Source: Gammaproteobacteria bacterium (lineage in GTDB: Bacteria; Pseudomonadota; Gammaproteobacteria; Ga0077536). Taken from it: a DNA stretch of 64,000 bases. Under the pieces are notes generated by a model. That model did not search any database and was not told the origin of the DNA. It was given only the letters and a program-made list of their open reading frames with translations. Below are positions 49,818 through 57,659 of the stretch, one piece after another. Each line of letters opens with the position of its first letter. Within the stretch, counting starts at the first letter, position 1. Made by a program: the position numbers and the translations under genes. The stretch covers positions 672,001-736,000 of the forward strand of contig CAXXLL010000003.1 of assembly GCA_963662545.2 (NCBI GenBank), in the 5' to 3' direction.

Positions 49818-49825
49818 GTAAGCCC

Positions 49826-50161
49826 GTGACGAATCCATTCGCCATTCCTCCAGTCGAAGAAATTCCGCTCGTGCCGACCGACGCAAACGATGAAATCGTG
49901 TTCAAAACACCGTGGGAAGCGAAAGCCTTCGCACTGGTCGTCCACCTGCATCAGCGCGGTCATTTCACCTGGCCGGAATGGACCGCGCGACTGGGCGAGG
50001 AAATCGAAGCGGCCGGTGTCGAAGATGACGGCAGCGGTTATTACCTGCTGTGGTTGGCCGCGGCAGAAAAGTTGGTGGTGGCCAAGTCGATCTGCGGGGC
50101 AACCGACCTCGCCGATCGAAAGGCGGCACTGGTAGCGGATCAGGGACGGCCTGCGGGTTAA
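49826..50161 (+). CDS. Nitrile hydratase accessory/activator protein (P14K/NhlE-like)
   Basis: VFKTPWEAKAFAL, FTWPEW, YYLLWLAAAEKL; follows nthB; GTG start. Confidence 0.88.
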   Translation: MTNPFAIPPVEEIPLVPTDANDEIVFKTPWEAKAFALVVHLHQRGHFTWPEWTARLGEEIEAAGVEDDGSGYYLLWLAAAEKLVVAKSICGATDLADRKAALVADQGRPAG

Positions 50162-50225
50162 CCCCGCCGTTTGCTCAGACCTGCACCGCTACAGCGTCGA
50201 CTTCGAAACGAATGCCCTCGTTTGA

Positions 50226-51140
50226 TCAGACGCGGCCGAAAATCCTACCGTACTTGTCCGCACGCCAAGGCAATCGCGGTCGATTGACCAGCATTAATCC
50301 GGCCATGACCATAAGCCCGCCCACCAGCGTCGCGAAGCCCGCCTCTTCATCGAGTAAGACCACCGCCCACACGACTCCCCATACGGGCACCAGGTTTATG
50401 TAGACACTGGTGCCGATCGGTCCAATGGCTGCGATGGCCTCGGAAAACCAGAGGAACCCGACCGCTGAACCGACGAATCCCATGAAGAAGAGCATCGCGA
50501 CAGTTGGGCCGTCCGTGTACACCGCGAGTGTTACTTCGGGTTGTCGAAACAGGAATGGGAACAGCAAGACGGTACCGACGATCGTCACGTAAGTCGTGAC
50601 CAAAAGCGGTGAGTACTCCTCGAGTAAGACTCGCACGACGACGGAGTAAATCGCCCACATTAGGGCACTCACAAAAACGATGATCTCACCGAGACCGGCG
50701 CCGATCTCCAGAATCATGGCGAGTTTGCCGTTGGTCAAAACGAATGCGGTCCCGAAAAAAGCGATGACGATGCCGCAACTCGCGAGCCAATCGGGTGTTC
50801 TTCGATAGAAGATGAAATCTAGTACGGCCACTTGTACCGCGATTAGCGCGAGCACGATGGAACCGTTCGTGGCGGTGGTGTACTCGAGTCCTTTGAACAG
50901 CAGCACGTTGTGCAAAAAGATGCCAGTGGCGCCGAGCAAGCTTAGCCGCCACCACGCGCTCACCGGTAGGGCCACGAACTGCCGGCGCAGGTGGGTAAAC
51001 CACAGCAGGAACAAAGCAGCGATGAAAAACCGTCCGAATACGGTAACAAAGGGCGCTTCGAACTCGGCCAGGATACGGCCGATCGTCGGCGTCACGCCCC
51101 AGAACACGCAGGCGATCAAAAGTTTAAGGTGAATCGACAC
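50226..51140 (-). CDS. DMT/EamA family transporter
   Basis: About 10 hydrophobic helices in two EamA-like halves (FWG...; YINLVPVWG). Confidence 0.9.
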   Translation of the reverse strand: MSIHLKLLIACVFWGVTPTIGRILAEFEAPFVTVFGRFFIAALFLLWFTHLRRQFVALPVSAWWRLSLLGATGIFLHNVLLFKGLEYTTATNGSIVLALIAVQVAVLDFIFYRRTPDWLASCGIVIAFFGTAFVLTNGKLAMILEIGAGLGEIIVFVSALMWAIYSVVVRVLLEEYSPLLVTTYVTIVGTVLLFPFLFRQPEVTLAVYTDGPTVAMLFFMGFVGSAVGFLWFSEAIAAIGPIGTSVYINLVPVWGVVWAVVLLDEEAGFATLVGGLMVMAGLMLVNRPRLPWRADKYGRIFGRV

Positions 51141-51358
51141 GAGCGGGTCGACGCCGTCAGTCCGCGAATTGCGGACGTCAGGTTAAGGGAACCGGTTTCA
51201 GAGGGGCCGGGGAACCGGCGGGAATGCGCCCGATCTGAGCGGGTTTGTTCATATTCGTTTCATGCGCCATCATTCGCCATCGCCCCTATGCTTTGCTATC
51301 CGTGCTTATCAGATCGCGGGGCCACCGATCACCGTGTATTCAACACCCCCAGCGGGAA

Positions 51359-52255
51359 ATGGTACTCTCGCGTACTTCCTTTTACGAGACGGAGCCGCGC
51401 CCGGTGGGAAACCGATTCGGCGTTTGCCTGTTACCGACCGATCTGACTTTGCCGCCCGTTGATCTAGCCCGGGCGGTGGAGGCGCGCGGTCTGGACATGC
51501 TGTTTTTCGCCGAGAACAGCCATGTACCCGTCCAGCACAGCAAGAATGCTTATCACCGGCCCGAAATCGTCGAGCCGTTTGCGCGCATGCACGATTCCAT
51601 CACCGCGCTCGCGGCCGCCGCTGCCGTGACCGAACGCATCCTGCTCGGCACCGGCGTGTGCCTGTTGACCGAGCGCGACCCGATCACGACCGCCAAGTCG
51701 ATTGCATCGCTCGATCACCTCTCCGGCGGCCGCGTTATCTTCGGTATCGCCGGCGGCTGGATCAAGGAAGCGATCGAACATCATGGATGCTCATTCAAGC
51801 ATCGCTGGCGCATCGTACGCGAGCGCGCGCTCGCGATACGAACCTTGTGGCGCGAGGACCCGGCGGAGTATCACGGCGACTACGTCGATTTTGGCCCGGT
51901 GTGGTCCTACCCCAAACCCTTACAGCCCGGCGGTCCACCGATGTACATCGGTTCGAATTCCAACCGGGTTCCCGCGCGTGTAGCGGAATATGCCGACGGC
52001 TGGATGCCGATCTACGGGCGCTACGAGGGGGATCCGCTCGACGACCTTCGCCAAGCCTGCGAGGCAGCCGAGCGCGATTACAAGACCGTGACGACCTTGC
52101 TTTTCGGTGCACCTCTGGACGAAGCGATCATCGCTGATTTCATTGAGAGGGGCTGTAGCGACTTCGTATTCCTGGTACCACCCGAACGCTACGGCGAAGT
52201 GCCGCAGGTTCTGGACGAGATCACCGCCCTGCGGGATCGAGTCGCCAGCTATTAG
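51359..52255 (+). CDS. LLM-class, putatively F420-dependent oxidoreductase (Rv2161c-like)
   Basis: AVEARG, ENSHVP, LGTGVCL..ERDPITTAK..ASLDHLSGGR, PKPLQ, DGWMP; start uncertain. Confidence 0.85.
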   Translation: MVLSRTSFYETEPRPVGNRFGVCLLPTDLTLPPVDLARAVEARGLDMLFFAENSHVPVQHSKNAYHRPEIVEPFARMHDSITALAAAAAVTERILLGTGVCLLTERDPITTAKSIASLDHLSGGRVIFGIAGGWIKEAIEHHGCSFKHRWRIVRERALAIRTLWREDPAEYHGDYVDFGPVWSYPKPLQPGGPPMYIGSNSNRVPARVAEYADGWMPIYGRYEGDPLDDLRQACEAAERDYKTVTTLLFGAPLDEAIIADFIERGCSDFVFLVPPERYGEVPQVLDEITALRDRVASY

Positions 52256-52277
52256 CCGGCACTACACCATTCAAAAT

Positions 52278-52754
52278 TCATGTTACCTGCGCCGCGCGCA
52301 GCCAAGCCTCCAGGCCTGCTGCGCCTGCGGGTGCCCACCAGCGGATCCGATCCCAGGTCAGACAAATCATGACGGGGCGTTCACGAAACATTGGAGTCGT
52401 TTGGTATTGTGGATATTTCAGACGCAGCGCCTCGACCGCCGCGTCCCATTCATCGTGACGGCCCTCGGCGATCGCCGCGTTTGCATTGATGCGGATCCAC
52501 CAGAGGCAATTCCACCGCTCGTCGTAATGATCGACCACCAGCGCGACCGTGGGGTTACGTTCGATATGCGCGAGGCGCGCCGGGCGTCCGTGCTTCTTCG
52601 GCTTGCCGTCAATGGGTGAAAAGAGGATGCGTCCGACGCGCGCGAACACGATCGGCATGACTTCGGGACGGCCTTCGCTGTCGATCACCGCGAGACGCGC
52701 CACGGGCATACAGTCGAATACGCGATGGAGCAGGTCGTCCGCAAGTGGTTCCAA
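52278..52754 (-). CDS. PPOX-class, putatively F420-dependent protein (Rv0121-like)
   Basis: VARLA, PIVFA, IDGKPK, RLAHI..NP, VDHYDERW..LWW, KYPQY; TTG start. Confidence 0.82.
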   Translation of the reverse strand: MEPLADDLLHRVFDCMPVARLAVIDSEGRPEVMPIVFARVGRILFSPIDGKPKKHGRPARLAHIERNPTVALVVDHYDERWNCLWWIRINANAAIAEGRHDEWDAAVEALRLKYPQYQTTPMFRERPVMICLTWDRIRWWAPAGAAGLEAWLRAAQVT

Positions 52755-52798
52755 GGTGCTTTTCCTTTGAACGAATCGGTAGTCGTACGTAGCTTGTC

Positions 52799-53797
52799 TC
52801 AGCCCGCTTCGAACCCGTCCGAAAAGGTGCCGCTCGCCCGTTTACGCCTACGCGGCCCGGCATCGTCCGGGAGTGCCAGCGTGACCTTGCGCAAGACCTC
52901 GAGGTAGCCACGCTCCGTTTCGATCCGTTCGCCATCCCCGTTTTCGAACAGGAACCGCCGCAGCAAGGGCAGCCGGTGGCACGGAACCCACATGATGAGA
53001 TGGTGCTCGAGGTGGTAGTTGACCCAATAGGGTGCGATGAAAGCGCGCTCCAACGGGTTGGCCATTGTCGTACGCGCGTTACCGAAGGGATCGTCGGCCT
53101 CCCTGACCACCGCGTGTTCGGCGATATTGCGCACGCGCAGCACCAGTTGTTGCCAGGTTAGAAGCGGTACCAGCCAGAGCGCGAAATAAACCCAGGCGCG
53201 TCCGCTGGCGGCCGCGAGAGCTAGTAGGACCAGGTTGCTCGCGGTTTGCGGCCCGAGGGTGCGCCAGTAATGTCCGAGCCTCAGTCGAATCATCGAATCC
53301 CGTTCACCGAGGGCGTAGGCGATCTGCGCTTTACGCTGTGCATACCCGGTCTGCCCGGTGATGTCGCGCCACAGCTTGCGGCGCAGGCTCGCACGAGTGA
53401 CGGGGTAATGGCCGGTCAATACGATATCCGGGTCATTGGCTTGCAGGGTATGGGCATGATGTTTGAGGTGATAGCGGCGATAAATGCCGGTGTCGGCGAG
53501 CGTCGGCCAGGCGCACAGGCATTGAGCGATCCAACGGTTCAGCACGGGCGTGCGGAACAGCGCGTTATGCGCCGCGTCGTGCATCAGGATGAGCAATCCC
53601 AATTGTCGGCTGCCGATGATCAGAACGGCCAGAACATAGGTCAGAACGTTAGGATAGATGATAAATAACGCCGACGCGCCGGCGATCACGCTCCAGGCGT
53701 GCGTGACGAGATAGCATCCCCAGAGATCCGAGCGTGCATGTACCCGACGGAGCTGATCCTCCGTGAGCAGAGTCGTCGCAGCCGGCACTTTACGCAT
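52799..53797 (-). CDS. Membrane fatty acid desaturase family protein
   Basis: His boxes HDAAH, HLKHH, (AEH)...HLEHH. Confidence 0.9.
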   Translation of the reverse strand: MRKVPAATTLLTEDQLRRVHARSDLWGCYLVTHAWSVIAGASALFIIYPNVLTYVLAVLIIGSRQLGLLILMHDAAHNALFRTPVLNRWIAQCLCAWPTLADTGIYRRYHLKHHAHTLQANDPDIVLTGHYPVTRASLRRKLWRDITGQTGYAQRKAQIAYALGERDSMIRLRLGHYWRTLGPQTASNLVLLALAAASGRAWVYFALWLVPLLTWQQLVLRVRNIAEHAVVREADDPFGNARTTMANPLERAFIAPYWVNYHLEHHLIMWVPCHRLPLLRRFLFENGDGERIETERGYLEVLRKVTLALPDDAGPRRRKRASGTFSDGFEAG

Positions 53798-54024
53798 CGC
53801 TTGAATACCGCATTCGGTTTTCGACAGTTTAGACAGACCGAGCCCCGGCGGCCAACCGTCAGATGGCGCCGCGGCGCAAGGAACAAACCGGTCACCGGCG
53901 AAGGAACAGAATCTCGTTCGCCTGACAAAGGAATATTATCAGCCGGTAGGAAATATGCACGGCTGCTGATAGATTTTCACGAAATTCAGTAGGATTTTTA
54001 GGTCAATTTATTTATGAGCAGAAA

Positions 54025-54044
54025 ACTACCTTACAATTGGTAGT
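54025..54044. promoter_or_regulatory. Putative TetR autoregulatory operator overlapping a -10 box
   Basis: ACTACC-TTACAATT-GGTAGT inverted repeat enclosing TACAAT, immediately before ATG 54046. Confidence 0.5.
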
Positions 54045-54045
54045 C

Positions 54046-54609
54046 ATGATCGACACGAAACAGAGGATCCTCGACAGTGCCATGCGCCTCGTGCAGTCAC
54101 GCTCCTACGCAGGCTTTAGCTTCCAGGATATCGCCGCGGAGGTCGGCATCCGCAAGGCCAGCATTTATTCCCATTTTCGTTCGAAAGAGGAACTGGCGAA
54201 GCGGGTACTCGATGAAGCGCAGCACCTTTTTGAGAACGAAATTTCGCCGTTGACCGAAGAACACCTCGAGGGTCAACTCGACACGTACTTGGGATTGTTC
54301 AGGCGCGTCTTCTCGGGCGGCGAGCGCATGTGTCCCGGCGGTTCCTTCGCCGCGGTCTGGTCCTCCGTATCGCCCGGCCTGCAGGCGGCCGTACAGGACT
54401 TCATCGATTTTCACCTCAGCCTCATCGAAGGGATTCTCAAACGCGGCCGTGACAAAGGCAGCTTCAAGACGTGTGACCAGACGCCTAGGCAGCAGGCACT
54501 ACTGATCCTGTCGAATATTCAGGGAGCCATACTGGTGGCGAGGATCACTGGGAAAAGCCGGGCACTCGACGCTACGATCGATCGGATCAAATCGGACATA
54601 CTGGCGTGA
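54046..54609 (+). CDS. TetR/AcrR family regulator
   Basis: HTH FSFQDIAAEVGIRKASIYSHFRSKEEL; CPGG in the C-terminal domain. Confidence 0.93.
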   Translation: MIDTKQRILDSAMRLVQSRSYAGFSFQDIAAEVGIRKASIYSHFRSKEELAKRVLDEAQHLFENEISPLTEEHLEGQLDTYLGLFRRVFSGGERMCPGGSFAAVWSSVSPGLQAAVQDFIDFHLSLIEGILKRGRDKGSFKTCDQTPRQQALLILSNIQGAILVARITGKSRALDATIDRIKSDILA

Positions 54610-54735
54610 CAAGTGCCCTCGCCGAACGTAATACCGTAGCCTCCACTCCGTTCAGCTGTTCGGTTGATCCGGACATCGGAAGAAGGCGACAATAGAGCGT
54701 ATAACAAATCCACAAACCGTCCTCCCTAAACGCCA

Positions 54736-56115
54736 ATGCTCGAACAATTCCGTAATCTGGGCGCGGGTCTTTCGTCCATCACAGAACGCTGGGTGCCCGA
54801 TGCATGGGTGTTCTGCATGATGCTGACGACCATTGCCATCGTGCTTTGTATTTTCGGTGCGGGCGCGACGGTCGAGGAAACCGTACTGGCCTGGGGTCAG
54901 GGCGTATGGAAGCTGTTGGGCCTCGCCATGCAGTTCACCATCGCAATGGTGGCAGCCTATGCATGCGTTTCATCGCGCCCGACCCATCGTTTTTTCATCT
55001 GGTTGGCGTCGCTGCCGAATCCGTCCAGGCCTGTGCAGGCCATTTTTCTCATCGGCCTCGTCTCCCTGATTACCGGCTATTTGAACTGGGCTCTGTGCCT
55101 CATCTCCTGCGCGCTATTGACGCCATTTATTCTCAAGCAGAATCCGAACGTCGATATTCGCCTGCTGATCTGCGCCGCCTACATCGGCACAGGCACGGTC
55201 TGGCACGGTGGTCTGTCGGGATCGGCGCCGCTGATCCTCGCAACGCCGGGCAATCCGCTGCTCGATTCTTCGAGCGGTGCAGCGGTCGTCGATCGCCTGT
55301 ACCCGGTAACGGAAACCCTTTACAACACGTTCAATATCGGCTTCATCGTCATCCTGGGATCAATTGCGCTCGCCACGGTGTGCCTGCTGCACCCGAAAAC
55401 CGGCGCGCGTACGATTACCCCGGAGCAGGCCGAAGCCCTCATGCCGAAGCCGCCCGAACTCGACGATGAACCTAGCACCCCCGCGCAGCACATGGACCAG
55501 TTCCGCGGCTGGATCATCCTGGCGATCATCCTGCTCGCCTACCCGCTAGGTCATTCGATCGTCACCACTGGTTTCGGCAACAGCTGGACCATCAACGCCT
55601 ACAACATAAGCTTTCTGGTCCTGGCGCTGGCCTTGCACGGCCGCGCGCCCTCGTTTCTGCGGGCCTGCCGCAACGGCGTCGATACCGCCTGGGGCATCAT
55701 CGTGCAGTTTCCTTTCTACGCCGGGATTTTCGGATTGTTGCAGTACACAGGGCTCGGCCGTTGGCTGGGCGATCTGTTCGCCAATCTTGCGACGACCGCG
55801 AGCTACCCTTGGGTGGTGTACGTGTACTCAGGCTTCATGAACATGTTCGTACCGTCGGCAGGTTCGAAGTGGCTGATCGAAGCACCCTTTCTCATCCCGG
55901 CCGGCGAACAGCTCGACGTCTCCGTCGTCACCGTGCTGCTCGCCTACGCTTATGGCGACTCGACCACAAACCTGATTCAGCCTTTTTTCGCGATTCCGAT
56001 CCTGGCCGTAACGCGTATGCGTTTCGGCGACGTGGTCGGATACACCTCCATGGTCGCAGCTGTCTGCTTCATCGTATGTTCCACCGCCATGATGATCATC
56101 CCGGCGCAACTATGA
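54736..56115 (+). CDS. Short-chain fatty acid transporter (AtoE-like)
   Basis: ERWVPDA, LAMQF, WHGGLSGSAPL, QFPFYAGI, FVPSAG, YGDSTTNLIQPF. Confidence 0.88.
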   Translation: MLEQFRNLGAGLSSITERWVPDAWVFCMMLTTIAIVLCIFGAGATVEETVLAWGQGVWKLLGLAMQFTIAMVAAYACVSSRPTHRFFIWLASLPNPSRPVQAIFLIGLVSLITGYLNWALCLISCALLTPFILKQNPNVDIRLLICAAYIGTGTVWHGGLSGSAPLILATPGNPLLDSSSGAAVVDRLYPVTETLYNTFNIGFIVILGSIALATVCLLHPKTGARTITPEQAEALMPKPPELDDEPSTPAQHMDQFRGWIILAIILLAYPLGHSIVTTGFGNSWTINAYNISFLVLALALHGRAPSFLRACRNGVDTAWGIIVQFPFYAGIFGLLQYTGLGRWLGDLFANLATTASYPWVVYVYSGFMNMFVPSAGSKWLIEAPFLIPAGEQLDVSVVTVLLAYAYGDSTTNLIQPFFAIPILAVTRMRFGDVVGYTSMVAAVCFIVCSTAMMIIPAQL

Positions 56116-56191
56116 CCCGGTTTTCCGCGCTTCACATCGAAGGCCGAAATCACGACAATAACGGCGCCTAATCCAACCTGGAATCGGATCC

Positions 56192-56965
56192 ATGCTCGTC
56201 GTCATCTCGCCCGCCAAGAAGCTCGATTACGAATCGCCGACGCGCATTAGAAAGCACTCGAAGCCCGATTTCCTTGCCGAATCGGCGAAGCTCGTAGGAA
56301 GCCTGCGAAAATTCAGCGCAAGCGACCTGAAAAACCTGATGGGTATCAACGATAAGCTCGCGGAGATCAACCGCGCGCGCTATAAATCGTGGTCTCGCGA
56401 CTACCCGCCGGAACATTCGCGTCAGGCGATCCTGGCCTTCATGGGCGACGTATACCGCGGCCTCGATGCACGGTCACTGGATAGCCGCGTCCTGAATTAT
56501 GCACAATCTCACCTGCGTATCCTTTCCGGCCTGTACGGTATATTGCGCCCGCTCGATCTGATACAGCCCTACCGGCTGGAGATGGGCACGGCGCTCGCCA
56601 ACTCGCGAGGTCCCGACTTATACCGTTTTTGGGGAAATCGACTCGCGGGGTCGCTCAACGAACAGGCACACTCGATCCGTACCCGCTACCTCGTAAATCT
56701 TGCTTCCCACGAATATTTCAACGCCGTCGACGGCGATGCTTTAGACCTCGAAGTCATCACGCCGGTGTTTAAAGAACGGTTGCGTGGTCAGTACAGGGTT
56801 TTGAGCTTCATCGCGAAAAAGTCCCGCGGAGTGATGGCACGATTCATCATTCAAAACCGGATCAAAAATCCGGAAGACCTGCACGCGTTCGACGTCGGGG
56901 GCTACGCATTCAACGCGGGGATGTCGTCCGGCGGTAAATTCGTATTCACGCGGGATATGCCGTAA
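56192..56965 (+). CDS. yaaA: Peroxide stress resistance protein YaaA
   Basis: ISPAKKLD, GDVY, ILSGLYG, YRLEMG, NLAS.EY, AKKSRG. Confidence 0.95.
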   Translation: MLVVISPAKKLDYESPTRIRKHSKPDFLAESAKLVGSLRKFSASDLKNLMGINDKLAEINRARYKSWSRDYPPEHSRQAILAFMGDVYRGLDARSLDSRVLNYAQSHLRILSGLYGILRPLDLIQPYRLEMGTALANSRGPDLYRFWGNRLAGSLNEQAHSIRTRYLVNLASHEYFNAVDGDALDLEVITPVFKERLRGQYRVLSFIAKKSRGVMARFIIQNRIKNPEDLHAFDVGGYAFNAGMSSGGKFVFTRDMP

Positions 56966-56994
56966 ATCGCTCACCCCTCCGGTTGGATATTTAA

Positions 56995-57582
56995 ATGCGC
57001 AACCTCATAAGCCTTACCTTCCTGTTCGCGATGTGCGGCGCGCATGCCGCGAATGAGGGGCTGAAAGACACCACGACCGCCGTCATCCTGGAAACCAGCA
57101 AGGGCGAGATTACGCTCGAGCTCTACGTCGCCGAGGCGCCGGTCACAACCGCCAATTTCCTCGAATACGTCAAAGCAGGGTTTTACGATGGCACGATATT
57201 TCACCGGGTCATTCCGAATTTCGTCGTTCAAGGCGGCGGGCTTATGCCAGATATGCAGCGAAAAGAGACGCGGGGTCCGATCGTGAACGAAGCCGATAAT
57301 GGTCTGCTCAACACGCGCGGCATGGTGGCCATGGCACGCACACAGGACCCGCACAGCGCGAGTTCACAGTTTTTCGTAAACCTTGCGAACAACGAATTCC
57401 TGAATCATCAATCGAAAACGATGCGCGGTTGGGGTTACACGATATTTGCCCGTGTTGTCGAAGGTATGGACGTCGTCGATCAGATAGCCGCAAGCGCGAC
57501 TGGATTCGACCGTGGCATGGGTGATGTTCCCGTGGAACCGATAGTGATCGAATCGGCGCGAGTAGCAAGGCCCGTCGAATAG
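56995..57582 (+). CDS. ppiA: Periplasmic cyclophilin-type peptidyl-prolyl isomerase
   Basis: Signal peptide, FHRVIPNFVVQGGG, AMART.DPHSASSQFFVN. Confidence 0.9.
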   Translation: MRNLISLTFLFAMCGAHAANEGLKDTTTAVILETSKGEITLELYVAEAPVTTANFLEYVKAGFYDGTIFHRVIPNFVVQGGGLMPDMQRKETRGPIVNEADNGLLNTRGMVAMARTQDPHSASSQFFVNLANNEFLNHQSKTMRGWGYTIFARVVEGMDVVDQIAASATGFDRGMGDVPVEPIVIESARVARPVE

Positions 57583-57659
57583 TTATCGAAAACGCTGTTC
57601 GGTACGCTCCAAGGGAAAATACGCACTTACGCGGCGGCGCTCTTTGATGAGATGAATCG

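Noticed and set aside
51165-51262. Leader peptide or guanidine riboswitch upstream of the DMT transporter (minus strand)
   Set aside because: The 24-codon ORF has no SD or telling codon bias, and the paired ACGR-loop hairpins of guanidine-II are absent.
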